64,000 nucleotides of DNA from an uncultured Planctomycetota bacterium (GCA_963823665.1 CAWGMQ010000010.1:1536001-1600000), one strand, 5' to 3'; shown: positions 10,875-23,388, counted from the stretch's first letter. Program-made: numbers and translations. The notes: generated by a model from the sequence alone, not told the origin.

Positions 10875-13203
10875 TTACCGCGCCTGGCTCGCCGCCGCCG
10901 GGGCGAACACATCGTCGGGAAGAGGCGATAATCGCTGGCCCGATTGGATGAGTGCTTCCCACGACCCTGCGGGGAGAAGGAAGATCGGTCCGTGCGGCGA
11001 CGTCCCTAGGGCAGCGTAAATGAGCCCGGGTGCGGCGGGGTGCCCTATCCGGATGATGCGATCCGGTTCGTTATCGCCCAGCTTGACGGTGGCCGTGAGC
11101 CGCGGGTGAACCAGCCCGGTGAATGGCTGGATATCCCCGTCGTACTGGGCGTATCGGACGGCCTCGAGATGCGACAGCGCCTTGGCCAGAGCGCCGGCCG
11201 CGGACAGGTCGATTCCGCTTGAGTCGGTGCCCGGTTCATCGACCCACTCGAGCTGCCCCTTCGTGGCGGGCTGCCGGTGCTTGAATGCCACGGTGCGATC
11301 GGGCCTCGACCAGGTGAGCACCAGTCGCTCGGCCTTGGCAGGTGGAAATGATATAATGAGATGCTCACGAAACTCCGCTTCAAAGGGCTTCAAGGTCTCG
11401 GCGGCCAGGGTGAAAACGAAGCTCCCTTCGTCTGTGGCCGCGTAATACGAGGGCTCTCGCGGAACCTGGGCGCCGACCGTCAGACGGTGTGGCCGATCGG
11501 TCTCCCACTCGACCTCGAGCAGCGGCTTGTCCAGGCCGAACCTGGTCGCGTCTTTCTTGTTGTCAGCGACGAAGCCCTCGGCTCGCAGGTTCGCCAGGAT
11601 CGCCAGAACCTGGGTAATCGCGCGGGTGTCTGCCGGCGCATCGACCGGCCGCCGCATGCGCCAGCGATTCGGCTTTCCCCCTTGCTCCGGCACAACCTCA
11701 TCGGTTCGGCCCCCGCGGGTGACGACCAGCTTCCGCACCGTCTCCGGCGACGGAGTCATGATCGATCGATCGCGGAAGGCCATCGCGTTCTTGGGCAGCA
11801 CTTCCGCTATTTTGTCCGGAATCGCCAGAACGGCCTCGTCTCGGTCGAGCTGGGCGTAAAACGTCCTTCTGGCTGCGTCCAGGCTGCCGATATGGAGATC
11901 GAGCGCGAGCTCATTATCCGCGGAGGTTTTTGCTGTTCGTCCCACTCGCGTTTCCCTGAGCTGGATCGTCACCAGCGGCGGGTTCAACTTCGGGTCACGC
12001 ACTTTCTGCGGATCCAGAAACTCGCTCGTCTGAAGCGAGTCGAGGTGCTTGAGCAGTGCCGAGATTGCGACGACATCGGCTTTCTCTTCGCTCGGCTCCT
12101 TCTGGACCCATCCGTTTGACTCTTTCTTGAGCAGAAAGGTCTGAATCGGTGATTTGATCCGGATCTCGCTGACGGCAACCGGCTCGAAATCACAGACCTT
12201 CTGGCTGCGAAGCGCAACCGAAGAGCGCGGCAGCTCGGCCAGGGGAGCTGCATTCACCATGAGTACGTCGTCCTGGTCGCCCTGGCGAACATAGATGCGA
12301 TCGGGTTGATCGGCCACGAGCTTGCCGACTTCCAGTACGATCGGCTTGTCCTTCGTCTCGGCTGTGGTCAGCTCGACCGTCGCGGACGGGGGTGAAAGCC
12401 CGTAAGGCAGGAAATCACGCACGTCATTGGCGACGAAGCCTTTCGCCCCGTCCGTCACTCGCAGCGCCGACAAGGCGGCCAGCAGACTTTCCACCTTCGC
12501 CGCGTCGGCCGGGGCAACGTGAGGCTCGACCAGCCGGAACCGCCCGTTATGACTCCGAATGACGCGAATCACACCGGTCCGCCTCTTGATCGGAGACCGA
12601 ATCGATCTGGAATGTCGCGAGCGGCACCACTGCTCGCTCGCGCCATTCCATGACGGGTAGGTCCACGGCCGAGAGCAACTTGGCGTCGGAGACGTCGATC
12701 GACCCGCTTCCCAGTGTTCGCAGGTAACGCAGTCGTTTGACGATCTTGCCGATTTCGATCGTGGCCAGCGGCAGCTCTGCCACCGCTTCACCTTCGTGCG
12801 GGGCGGTCCAGAGCCGAACGGTTGCTTCGGGGTGTTCCAGTCCAAACGTCGCCGGCGCCCCGGTCATGCTCCCGGCGTCAAGCGAGCGGCGCAGCTCCTT
12901 GAGGTTGCGCACCAAGGTCTCGAGCCGCGCCGGCTCCGCCGCCACGTTCAATGGCTCGACCATCTGCCAGCCTCCTGCTCCGGTGCTGCGTCTCTCGAAC
13001 ACCAGCCGTTCATTTCTCCGCTCGATCGAGAGCTTCAGAATACCCGCCGCGGGTGTTTCGAGCAGCTCGGGCAAGATCAGGCTTTCGCGGAGCATGTTCT
13101 CCTTCGCCGTACGTACGCCGGCGTACTCGAGCCCCCACAAAACCAGCAGGCTCGCGAAGAACAGGACCACGAGAGTGTAGGTGGTTCGATGGGTTTTCAT
13201 CAT
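10875..13203 (-). CDS. DUF4340-repeat protein (frameshift near 12590)
   Basis: N-terminal TM and repeated W.M..P..A.AD...L..L....F...GL..P modules; follows the GldG-like gene. Confidence 0.8.
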
Positions 13204-15043
13204 TCGCGCCGGGCGGTGAAAACAATGACCCCCATGGCGATGATCGACAGAAGGGCCACGAACGACGGGATCACGATGAGCCGCTTCCGAGTCTCCGGGT
13301 CGGCGGAGAGCGTCAGCGCAATGTGATGCTTCGGGGCAATTCCCATGGTGTCCGGGCGCCCCCGTAGCCAGCCTGCTGCGAGCATCAGTACGTCGAGGTT
13401 GGTTCGCTCGATATCCTGAGCGAAATTCTCGGCCATCGCCGGACTGGAAAACAGGACGAGACGATGCTTGGCGGCTGATCCTCCTCCTCCAGGCGCATTG
13501 GCTGCGCCGCGTTCCTCGACAGCCACACCGACGACCAGCGGGCCTGCCTCATCGGTCTTCGGATCAAGCGAGAGCGGCAGCTTTCCGGGGTCGCTCTCGG
13601 CCCACGACGAGCCAGATGTCCTGAGGAAGACAACCGGCACGAGATTCGAATCGACCGGCGCGGCGGCAGCCGCTCCGGGACGGCCGGCTCCCGCAATGTG
13701 GATCGGAGCGCCTCCAGGCAGCAGCACGGCTCGATTCGCTCCCAGCGCATCGACGATCGGATTCTTGAGCGCCGGCTCAGTCGGCGCAAAGACCAGCGAG
13801 GGGTCTCCCCGATAGATCAATAGCCGATCAATGATCAGCCCTTTACCGATCGATACGTTGAATGACTTGAGGAATTCATCTAGGCCCGATGGGTCGGTAT
13901 TACCGAGCAACAAGAGCAGCGGCTTACCTCGGTCCGTGAATGACCTGAGCTTCAGAATCTCCTCGGGCTTGAACGGACTCTTGGGGCCGACGACGATCAG
14001 CAACGCGAGCTCCGGCGGTACCTCATCGCTCAGCAGGTTGAGGTCGACGACCTCGCAGCCCACTTTGTTGAATCGTGTTCTCCAGTTTCCGATGCCTCGC
14101 CCTCGCGGATTCAAGTCCGAGCTCGACGGCTCGCCATGCCCGACGGTGAACGCAACCTTGGTTTTCTGGCCCTCCTTGAGCCGAAGTAGCGCCGTGGTGA
14201 TTTCGTCCTCGCCATTGAACGAAGTCGCGAAATGATCGGCGCGATGTGCAGGGTCGAGCGACAGCCTCAGAAACAGATCCTGGTTGCGCACGACGGCGTG
14301 AGGAGCAGCCTCTCCCGTGCCATACTCGATCACCACGCCCCCCCCGGCCAGCAGCTCGAGCTCCGGCACACGCTTGGCTAGCTCTTCGTATCTTGCTACT
14401 TCATTGAACGGGTCGAGACTGTCGAGCTCCACCCGATCGGGCTTGGCCGCCTTGTATGCCTGGAGAAGCTGCAGCACCCGGTCGCGCTGGCGGCCGGTGC
14501 GAGCGCCCGTGCCGAAGAAGAGCGTGAACTTCACCGGGCGGTCGAGCCCCGCCAGCAGCGCGGTCGTCTCCGTCGAGAGGGAGTAGCTCCCCTCCCGCGT
14601 CATGTCGATCGGCTGGCCGCCATAGCGAAACGCAATCACGTCGCCGACGATCAAGATCCCTCCCAGCAGCGACGTATTCAGAAACGTCGTCGAGAAGTCG
14701 ATCGTCCGTCGCACGCTCGGACTCGCGTGCCGGTATCGGCGGTTGGCGCGATCAGAAAGATCACCAGGCCGAATCCCAGCGCGAAGATCGGCACCGAGAC
14801 GACTATGCCGCGTGAGAGCGCCGCGTAGCCGCCTAGGGCGATCAAGAGCAGCCCCGTCACCACACCTGCGATCATCCGGTCGCGGTAGCCGGATCGTGGC
14901 GAGTCGACGTCGTCCTCTGATTTGGGCGCCTGCCCCGGCGGTGCCCCGCGCATAATCCAGGCAACGACCAGTCCAGCCGCCAGCGCCGCGGCTGCTAGCC
15001 AGAATACCTCGTGCGAGAACAAGCTCGGGAATGCAACCTTCAT
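13200..15043 (-). CDS. GldG-like ABC transporter auxiliary component (frameshift near 14735)
   Basis: DMTREGSYSLS, FTVGHGE and LLIVVGPKSPF motifs, C-terminal TM. ORF 14678-15043 supplies the N-terminal TMs. Confidence 0.82.
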
Positions 15044-15074
15044 CAGGATTGACGCCTCTTGCAGCGTGTCAAAG

Positions 15075-15840
15075 TCATCGGTTAGATCGCGCCTCGAGCA
15101 CCCTCACCGTCAGGCTAAGCATGAAAAAGCACACCGAAAGCTGGACCGCGATGTATCGAAAGTCAAGCAAACCCTGGCCGAAGCTCTGGATCTGAAAAAG
15201 GATCGCCACGAACCGCAGCCCATCCGCCCACTCGTAATGTTGCTGCGCCGCGAAAACATACGCGATGGCAAAGAAGACGACCAGCACAAGCAGCACAACG
15301 AACGTCCAGATCGCCGCGATGATCTGGTTCCGCGTGAGCGAGCTCAGGAACAGACCGATCGAGACGAACATCATGCCCATTGTCGTCAGACCGACGGAGA
15401 GGCTCATGAGCGGTCCCAGGTCAAAGTCGTACTTGGCCTGGAAGTGCAGGAACGGCAGATAGATGAAGAATGGTACGAGGAGCACGCAATACATGATCAC
15501 GCCGGCGAGCCACTTGGCGACAACGACCTCCGTCTCCGTCACCGGCACGGTGAGCAAGGCCTCGATCGTGCCCTGGCGGCGCTCCTCTGCGAACAGCCGC
15601 ATGGTCAAGAGGGGTATCGAAACCATGATCGCAATCCAGAACGCCGCACTGTTTGAGATGTACGCATTCATCGGGTTCTCGCAACGACGACAGCTCGCTG
15701 CGAGGCGCAGAGAGCAGGTCAACGAGGTCGTAGAAATTGAAGGCGGCGATGAGCTGAAAGGCCAGCAGCACGAGATACGCGATGGGCCCCAGGAAGTAGG
15801 CAGCGAGCTCGCGAGCCAGCAGCGTGCGCACGTGTTGCAT
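15075..15840 (-). CDS. ABC-2 permease, GldF-like (frameshift near 15680)
   Basis: RELAAYFLGPIAY and PLLTMRLFAEERRQGTIEALLTVPV motifs. Confidence 0.88.
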
Positions 15841-15842
15841 GG

Positions 15843-16802
15843 TCACGAAGCCTCGGAGTGTGCGTCGGCGAGGGACAGCCGGCCGACGACGTCCGCAAAT
15901 CGTTCCTCGAGTGAGCTGCGCCGCAGGTCGATCTGACGCAGCGGCCAGCCGTTTGTAACGAGTTTCTGACTCATCGCTTCGCGCAGATCCTCGAAGCCGC
16001 GCGTGTGCACCTCGAAGGACGAGTACGCGCCCTCTTCGCGAACAAGGTTGGCTCGCTCGACTCCGGGTATCGTCTGCAGCACCGCCCGGATCGATGCAGC
16101 CGGGCCGCGAACTTCGACGGTGATCACGCCTTGGCGCCGCAAATGCGCAAGCGTGTCGTCGAGCGCGATCCTCCCGCGCGCGATGATGATCACCCGTCCG
16201 CACACGGCCTCAACCTCCGACAAGATGTGCGTGGAAAGCAGAATGGTGTGCGTCGCGGCCAGCTCGCGGATCATGTCCCGAACTTCGCGGATCTGAATCG
16301 GGTCAAGTCCCGCCGTCGGCTCGTCGAGGATCAGTATCTCCGGGTCGTGCACCATCGCGTCGGCCAGCCCCACACGCTGCCGGAACCCTCGCGAAAGCTG
16401 CCCGATGATCCGCCCTTCGACTTCGCCAAGCTGACAGCGCCGCACGACCTCGGCAATCGCTCGCCGGCGCTGCACTCGCGGCACGTCTTTCAGCTTGGCA
16501 CGGTAGCGGAGATATTCGTTCACACGCATATCCAGATAGAGCGGCACGTTTTCCGGGAGATAGCCGACCTTGCTCCGCACTTCGATCGGTTCGTCGAGCA
16601 CGTCGTGGCCCGCCAGCGTAGCCCTCCCGCTCGTGGGGCTCAAGTAGGTCGTCAGCATGCGCATCGTGGTTGTCTTGCCCGCGCCGTTGGGGCCGAGCAA
16701 TCCGACGATCTCGCCTCGCCCGACCTCGAATCGGATGCCGTCGACCGCTCTGAACGAGCCGAACCGCTTCGACAGCCGATCAACATGAATCATGACGATC
16801 AA
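15843..16802 (-). CDS. ABC transporter ATP-binding protein, GldA-like
   Basis: GPNGAGKTT, LSRGFRQRVGLA, LILDEPT and STH motifs. Confidence 0.95.
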   Translation of the reverse strand: MIVMIHVDRLSKRFGSFRAVDGIRFEVGRGEIVGLLGPNGAGKTTTMRMLTTYLSPTSGRATLAGHDVLDEPIEVRSKVGYLPENVPLYLDMRVNEYLRYRAKLKDVPRVQRRRAIAEVVRRCQLGEVEGRIIGQLSRGFRQRVGLADAMVHDPEILILDEPTAGLDPIQIREVRDMIRELAATHTILLSTHILSEVEAVCGRVIIIARGRIALDDTLAHLRRQGVITVEVRGPAASIRAVLQTIPGVERANLVREEGAYSSFEVHTRGFEDLREAMSQKLVTNGWPLRQIDLRRSSLEERFADVVGRLSLADAHSEAS

Positions 16803-16850
16803 GCAACCTCTGACGTGGGCGTTCGCACTGGACCCGTGAGCCGGCGAACG

Positions 16851-18146
16851 TCAATTCGCCGCCGGTCTGGCCACCCAGACGAGCACGACGGACTTGTGCT
16901 CCAGCGCGGGCTGAGAGCTCGCCTCGGCCGCTGGTTCCCTCGAATCGAGCGCACCCGGTTCGGCCGATTGAAGTGCCCTGCGATCAATACCGGCCTGAGA
17001 TGCCGTTTGTGACGTCACCCCACCTGACTCGCTTGCCGAAGCTAGGGCGCCCTGCGCAAGAGCGGTTTTCCGATCGGCAGCGGTTCCGGCGCGGCCCGCG
17101 GCTTCTTTGGGCGGAATGGCATCTTGGTCGCCTTGCACCTTCTCGCCGCCAGCGATGGGCCTCGTCCTGAGAGCGAGGGCCTCGCGCGGAATTTCTACTT
17201 CACCCAGCGACGCGGGAGCAAATGACTGCACCCTGTCCATATCGGCTAACTGGGTGGCGATGCCCGCATCGAGGTCCTCCTGTTCCACCAGCCCGGGCAG
17301 AGCCGCCTTCAGTTGGTCGTTGAATCGCTCGACCTGATTCGGCTCGACCACGAACGCCAGCACTGCTGCTTCGCCGGGGTGACGCGGATCGATGACGATA
17401 CCGTGCGCGACCGTGATCTTGAAATAATCGAAGTGGGTCGTGCGCTCGATGATGCTGGCTACGATCTGTTCGGAGTCGATTCCCGAGCCGGCACCGACCC
17501 AGAAGAACCGCTTCAAGTTCGGACTGTCGAGCAACGGCCTCACTCGTGCGGCATCGCCACTGAGCGCGGCTTCGCGAATCTCCTCGGTACTGCCCGTCGC
17601 GCCAGGCGAAACGCTCGGCGGTGTCGCAGGAATTCCATTCGCGGCAAGCGCGGGACTACGTGACGGCAAAGCGGCCACCGATAGGCTTGCGTTAGCGCTC
17701 GTCGTCCCTGGCGCCGCCGGACCGCTCGGATTGGGACGGATGACCGCCTGCTGATGCTTCACGTGCGCGACCGTTCGGCTCGTATTCTCGAGCTGCGATG
17801 CCTGCATGAGAATCGCAGCCGATGCCGTCACCATCAACAAGGCAGCGCTCGCGGCCAGACCCGCGAGCGGCAGAATTCGCCGCGAGCCGCGCCGCCAGCC
17901 CTCGAGCGCCGGCAGCAGCCCCCGCCCTCGCGGCCGCGCAGCAATCCGCTGCAGCACGCGTGCGGTCACGTCGATCGACCTGTCGTGCGGCAAACCGGCA
18001 ACCAGGTCGCGCACGTGCGTCAACCCCCGCAGCCGTTCGGCGAGATCGGTGTCGGCATCGAGCGCCATGTCCACCCGCGAATGCTGCTCCGGGGCCAGCT
18101 CGCCGTCGATATAGGCACTCAGGAACGATTCGTCGTCTTGATTCAT
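16851..18146 (-). CDS. Anti-sigma factor (membrane-anchored)
   Basis: LSAYIDGEL N-terminus, single TM, directly downstream of an ECF gene. Confidence 0.8.
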   Translation of the reverse strand: MNQDDESFLSAYIDGELAPEQHSRVDMALDADTDLAERLRGLTHVRDLVAGLPHDRSIDVTARVLQRIAARPRGRGLLPALEGWRRGSRRILPLAGLAASAALLMVTASAAILMQASQLENTSRTVAHVKHQQAVIRPNPSGPAAPGTTSANASLSVAALPSRSPALAANGIPATPPSVSPGATGSTEEIREAALSGDAARVRPLLDSPNLKRFFWVGAGSGIDSEQIVASIIERTTHFDYFKITVAHGIVIDPRHPGEAAVLAFVVEPNQVERFNDQLKAALPGLVEQEDLDAGIATQLADMDRVQSFAPASLGEVEIPREALALRTRPIAGGEKVQGDQDAIPPKEAAGRAGTAADRKTALAQGALASASESGGVTSQTASQAGIDRRALQSAEPGALDSREPAAEASSQPALEHKSVVLVWVARPAAN

Positions 18147-18246
18147 GACATCAGTCTTGGAATTGAAGGAATTATCTGTTTACGAATGTTACAAATCTGA
18201 TGAGTTCCGGGCCGCAAGCCCCGTACTCTACGGGCCGTTGCCCAGA

Positions 18247-18860
18247 TTAGTGTGCTGTTTGCGACGCCTGCCGCACCGGCTGCTCTTCGCCCAGTAGGCA
18301 CTGGAGCCGGTCGCGAAGTTCACACCGAGCCCTGTGCAGGCGGCTTCGTACGGTCCCGATCGGCACGTTCAGAATCGCCCCGATTTCCTCGTATCGCCGG
18401 CCGTCGAAGTCTTTGAGGATGACGACTGCACGGTGCTCCGGTCCAAGCTGGTTGAGCGCGGCTTCGACGATCTGCTCGCGCTCGGCCCGCTCCAGAGGGT
18501 AGGTTGGGTCCGCATCGGCCGATTCGTCAGCCGAGTCTTCAAACCGGCAATGTGCGTCCTCACCATGGCGCCCGACCACGACCCTCGCACGCCTGCGCCG
18601 GTGCCCGGAAAGCGCGAAATTGACGCCGATCCGATAGACCCATGTGTAGAACGAGCTGTCGCCGTGAAATTGATCGAGCTTCTCGTAGGCGCAGGAACGT
18701 GTCTTGCAAAACGTCCCTGGCATCCTCCGGAGACCCGCACAGGTGTAGTAATACTTGGTACAGTCTCTCCTGGTAACGCTGGACCAAGACGCCGAACGCC
18801 TCGGTTTGCCCGTGCGCGACACTTTTCCACAAGCATGTGGTCGTCTGGTGACACGGTCAT
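18247..18860 (-). CDS. ECF sigma-70 factor (two frameshifts, near 18810 and 18690)
   Basis: AFGVLVQRYQ, EDARDVLQDTF, SSFYTWVYRI and GTVRSRLHRAR spread over three frames. Confidence 0.88.
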
Positions 18861-19217
18861 CACATTCCTTCGACGACTGAGTGACAGGAAAAGTTCCACG
18901 AAATAGGGCCCCGCGCCCGCAGCCAGCCCAGCCATCACGGGGCGACGCCTCAGGTGACGGGTGCTCCGAGCCCCCGCCGCCTCCCTTTCCATCTTATCCA
19001 TGTGCCCCGCCTGGAGAGTAGATGCCTCCCGCATGAGAATTCTCGCCACATTGGCCCCGCGCTCTGCCAGGTTCGAAAACACGGCCCGGCACCGTGCGCC
19101 CGCTGCAATCCGGATACTGCCGGCTTCGGATCCCGGGGCGCTGCCGTATAATGGCCTCGCTCGCCGTTCTTGAGGCTTGAGGCTTTTCTTTCCTGAACCA
19201 CGCCGCTGTATCGCGCC

Positions 19218-20354
19218 ATGTCAAACTCACACCAATCGCTTTCTTCGATGGATCAGGTCCGAATCGGACTACTGGGTTCGGGGTTCGTGACGTCAATTCA
19301 TTTTGAAGCCCTGCGCTGCCTCCCAGGTGCTCAAGTGGTCGCTGTTGCATCACCGTCTCCCGGCCACGCCGAGCGCTTCGCCGCCGAGCGTGGTATTCCC
19401 CGCCATTTCACGGACTACCGGTCGCTGCTTGACCTGCACGACGTCGACCTGGTGATCCTCGGCCTCCCCAATGACCTGCACTGCGAGGCAACCTGCCAAT
19501 CCGCGGCTGCCGGGAAACACGTCGTCGTCGAAAAACCCATGGCAATGAACCTCGCCGAATGTGACCGAATGATCGACGCCTGCCGGCAAGCCGGCGTCAT
19601 GCTCGGATATGCGGAGGAGCTCTGCTTCGCGCCGAAGTACGTTCGAATGAAAGGGTTAGTCACAGAAGGCGCCTTTGGAAAAATACATCTAGTCAAGCAG
19701 TCAGAGAAGCATGACGGCCCGCATGCGCCGTGGTTCTTCGACACGATGCGGAGTGGAGGTGGGGTCACGTTCGACATGGGTTGTCACGCGATCGAGTTCT
19801 TCCGGTGGATTCTCGGCGGGAATTCCACCACGGGTAAGGCACGAATCGAGTCCGTTTATGCGCAAATGGGCACGTACCTGCACGGCGCGAAGACACGTGG
19901 CGACGACGAGGCAGTGCTGCTTTTGACATTCGAGGGAGGGGCGATCGGCCTGGCCGAGGAGAGCTGGAACAAACCCGGTGGCATGGACGACCGCGCCGAA
20001 GTGTATGGCAGCGACGGTCAGGCCTATGCGGACCTCTTGTACGGGAACTCGCTGCGGGCATTCTCGCGTCGAGGTTACGGATATGCGGTCGAGAAGGCAG
20101 GGTCTACTGCCGGGTGGTCCTTCCCGATCTATCAGGAGATCTGGAATTACGGATTCCCCCAGGAAATGGAGCATTTTGTCTCATGTGTGCGAACCGGCGG
20201 GCAGCCGGTTGAGAACGGTCACGACGGTCGCGCGGTGGTCGAGGCAGTCTGCGCGCTCTATGAATCGGCTGGTCGGGGCCGGCGGATCGACCTCCCGTTC
20301 GCCAGCGAAGCGATTCGCCCGATTGATCACTGGCGGCCGGTCGAGCCCGGGTGA
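19218..20354 (+). CDS. Gfo/Idh/MocA family oxidoreductase
   Basis: GLLGSG, GKHVVVEKPMA and GGGVTFDMGCH motifs. Confidence 0.93.
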   Translation: MSNSHQSLSSMDQVRIGLLGSGFVTSIHFEALRCLPGAQVVAVASPSPGHAERFAAERGIPRHFTDYRSLLDLHDVDLVILGLPNDLHCEATCQSAAAGKHVVVEKPMAMNLAECDRMIDACRQAGVMLGYAEELCFAPKYVRMKGLVTEGAFGKIHLVKQSEKHDGPHAPWFFDTMRSGGGVTFDMGCHAIEFFRWILGGNSTTGKARIESVYAQMGTYLHGAKTRGDDEAVLLLTFEGGAIGLAEESWNKPGGMDDRAEVYGSDGQAYADLLYGNSLRAFSRRGYGYAVEKAGSTAGWSFPIYQEIWNYGFPQEMEHFVSCVRTGGQPVENGHDGRAVVEAVCALYESAGRGRRIDLPFASEAIRPIDHWRPVEPG

Positions 20355-20366
20355 TTCGCTGCGCGT

Positions 20367-20709
20367 TCAACTCGCCTTCATCTCCCACCGCTGCCAGACG
20401 CGCTGTAGCGCTGCGATCGCACGCTCGAAGTTTTCTTTGTCCTCCGTATAAAGGTTCTCCGGCCTCGACGGGCATCCGCCGCACGCACTCGGCAATCTGG
20501 TCGTGCGCGCCCAGCAACTGATGGTAGAGCCGCACGGCCTCGGCATTCCCCGCGAGGCTCGCATCGGCTCCGAGCTTCTGCCTCGCCGCCGTCACACGCT
20601 CCTCGCTCGTGCGAAGAGCCTCTTCGAGCCTGGCTCGCTCGGCGAAATGGTCGCGCTGCGGATAGCTGGGGTTGCGATATGGCTCAATTGCCTTTGATTC
20701 ATGCGACAC
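20367..20709 (-). CDS. Small helical hypothetical protein (frameshift near 20455)
   Basis: GTG start with GGAG RBS; YPQRDH...RRMPVEAGE continues as LYTEDKENFERA in another frame. Confidence 0.6.
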
Positions 20710-21182
20710 CCCTCTCCGGTTCTCAATCTCGTAGGTCTCTGTGGCCACCGTGCAGGCTCCCGTTGCGCATGCAATTCTGAAGTTTTCACTCGTCGAAGAG
20801 CTAATTCTGGTGTTTCCCCGCGCGAATTGCCATAGACTTTGCCGATTCGTCGCGCACTCGACCGGGATATTTCCGGAAAGTTTCCGGCTTCCAGCGATGA
20901 GTTCGATTAAGGGACAGAATTCATTCTCGAAAAGCGCGCCGCCGCAGAAAAAAGGCCCGCCCCCGCAGCTTGGCAGTCCTCCCCGCTCCGTGGGCGAGGG
21001 GCCGCCCCCGGCGCCGGCGCGGGCTGCCGCGGCGGGGAGCCTGCCCCCTCCGCTGGCGGAGGCTGCCGCCTGTTCAGCGCTCACACCCATCCGGTAGACT
21101 GTGTCCATCATGGCGAGGCGCATTGCGCGTGGCGCCTCTCCCGTGCTGTGCATGCTTCTCGATCGGAATCCCAGGCCCGCCC

Positions 21183-22553
21183 ATGACCGTCACCCGTCGT
21201 TCTCCTCGCCCCTGGACGATCGCGGCAGCCGCGATCGCCGCTTTCTCCACTGCGCGTGCCCAGGAACCTGGGCCAAGCACCGGGGCCTCGCCAATCGAGC
21301 GAACACCGGCGGCCGCCAAGACACGGTCCCTCAGTCCGGCACTGATCTCGAAAAACGTCGACTCGTTCGAGGTCGTCTGGAAGACCGTTCGCGACCGGCA
21401 TTTTGATCCCAAGCTCGGCGGGCTCAACTGGCAGGCCGTCCACGACGAGCTCCGTCCCAAGGTCGAGCAAGCAAAGACGATGGCAGACGCCCGTGCTGTG
21501 ATGACGGCTGCCGTTGGGCGGCTGGGCCAGACCCATTTCACGATCATTCCTTCCGGCCTCTACGAAGATCTGGAGAACCCCAACGACGGGCCAGGCGAGC
21601 TCGGCCTGGAGATCCGCCTCCTCGATGGCCGCGTCGTCGTGAGTGCGGTGACTGAGGCTCTTCCCGCGTCCCGATCGGGCGTGAAGCCCGGATGGCTGAT
21701 CGACAAGATCGACGGCAAGCCGGTGAGCAACATCTTGAAGGCGGCCGAGGCCGCATATTCCGGGTCGGGAATGGTGGCGGCCCACAAGACGATTGCCGTC
21801 GAACGCCGGCTCCACGGCGACGTCGGCTCGGCGATCGCGATCGACTTCCTCGATGGCAAGGACAAACCCGTCCATCTCGAGCTCACCGCCAAGGAACCAG
21901 GCGGAGTGCCCGCAACGTTCGGAAATCTCCCCACGTTTTACGTCCAGTTCACGTCCAGGCGGATCGAAGGCTCGGTCGGGTACGTGTCGCTGAACGTGTT
22001 CTTCGACGCGATCAACGTCATGAAGCAATTCGGTGAAGCGATCGAGGCTAATCGCGACGCTGACGGGCTGATCATCGACCTCCGCGGCAACCCGGGCGGT
22101 TTGGGCGTGATGTCGTTTGCGATCGCCAACTGGTTTGTGACCGAGCCGGGCAAGAAGCTCGGAACGCTCATCACGCGCTCCGCCAAAGCGAACTTCCCGC
22201 TCCAGCCCCGTGCGCGGCCATTCAAGCGACCGGTCGCGGTGCTTGTCGACGAGCTCTCGATGTCGACATCGGAAATCCTGGCCGGCGGTTTGCAAGACTT
22301 GAAGCTGGCCCGCGTTTTCGGCACCAGGACACCGGGCGCCGCCTTGCCGTCGGTGGTCGAGCTGCTTCCCAACGGCGATCGTTTCCAGTTCGCCATCGCC
22401 AACTACATCTCCGCCGGGGGCAAGCCGCTCGAAGGCGTTGGTGTTGTGCCTGACGAGAACACCCCGTTCACGCGGTCCGCCCTCCTCGACGGCCACGATC
22501 CGGCCCTCGATGCAGCCGTGCGCTGGATCAAATCGCAGCGGGCCAGGTCGTGA
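21183..22553 (+). CDS. S41 family C-terminal processing peptidase with PDZ domain, secreted
   Basis: LIIDLRGNPGG, SMSTSE, FGTRTPG and EGVGVVPD motifs; signal peptide. Confidence 0.92.
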   Translation: MTVTRRSPRPWTIAAAAIAAFSTARAQEPGPSTGASPIERTPAAAKTRSLSPALISKNVDSFEVVWKTVRDRHFDPKLGGLNWQAVHDELRPKVEQAKTMADARAVMTAAVGRLGQTHFTIIPSGLYEDLENPNDGPGELGLEIRLLDGRVVVSAVTEALPASRSGVKPGWLIDKIDGKPVSNILKAAEAAYSGSGMVAAHKTIAVERRLHGDVGSAIAIDFLDGKDKPVHLELTAKEPGGVPATFGNLPTFYVQFTSRRIEGSVGYVSLNVFFDAINVMKQFGEAIEANRDADGLIIDLRGNPGGLGVMSFAIANWFVTEPGKKLGTLITRSAKANFPLQPRARPFKRPVAVLVDELSMSTSEILAGGLQDLKLARVFGTRTPGAALPSVVELLPNGDRFQFAIANYISAGGKPLEGVGVVPDENTPFTRSALLDGHDPALDAAVRWIKSQRARS

Positions 22554-22616
22554 CTCAACGAAATTGGAACCGTGATTGACCCTCAAACCCGATCCCAGGA
22601 CCAGGAGTATTCGTTC

Positions 22617-23388
22617 ATGCGAAGTCCACTTGTTCTCACCTTGGCTGCTCTGGTTTTCGCTACCAGCAACGCAAGGACGCGAGGCCAGGAGCCAGGCGCA
22701 CTTCCCAAGGCCGAGGCCGTGCTCGCCGATTACGTCAAGGCAACCGGCGGCGAGGAAGCGTACAAGAAGTGCAAGAATCGCTCTCTCACGGGAACGATCG
22801 AGATTCCAGCACAAAACGTGACGGGCAAGGTCCAGATCTACCAGGCTTCTCCCAATCAGATCTCGGTTCTCGACGGAGATCCCCAACGTGGTCAAGCAAG
22901 TCCAGGCCACCGACGGCAAAGACGCCTGGGAGCTCAATAACTTGAGCGGCGACCGCCTGTTCGAAGCCGACGAGAGGGACGAAATGCTTCGCAGGGCGGT
23001 TTTCAACGAAGAGATACGGAAGAAAGAGCTGAACGAGAAGATCGAATGCGTGGGCATCGAAGACGTCGAGGGCAAGCCCGCCTACAAGATCGTTCTGACC
23101 CAGAAGGGCGGAAAGACGGAAACCGAGTTCTACGACAAGGTGTCGCACCTGCTCGTGAAGGAAATCGCCAAGGTGAAAACTCCGATGGGTGAGATCGACG
23201 TCGAGGTCTTCCCCAGCGACTACAAGAAGGTCGACGGGCTGCTCATGCCCTTCACCGTGACCCAGAAAATGCTGAATCAGGAGATCAAGATCAAGATGGC
23301 GGACGTCAAGCACAACATCGACATCCCACCCGATACCTTCCGTAAGCCTGCGTCGCTGGGCGATGCGGCAAAGAAGAAGGCCGATTGA
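22617..23388 (+). CDS. Secreted LolA-like/DUF620-type protein (frameshift near 22870)
   Basis: Signal peptide, YVKATGGEEA, DYKKVDGLLMPF and NIDIPPDTF motifs. Confidence 0.7.

Noticed and set aside
20720..21180. Structured ncRNA or riboswitch in a GC-rich intergenic region
   Set aside because: No recognisable family motif; hairpins are expected at this GC content. An Rfam scan would be needed.
21108..23075. 655-aa minus-strand ORF
   Set aside because: Antisense shadow of the S41 peptidase and the next gene.
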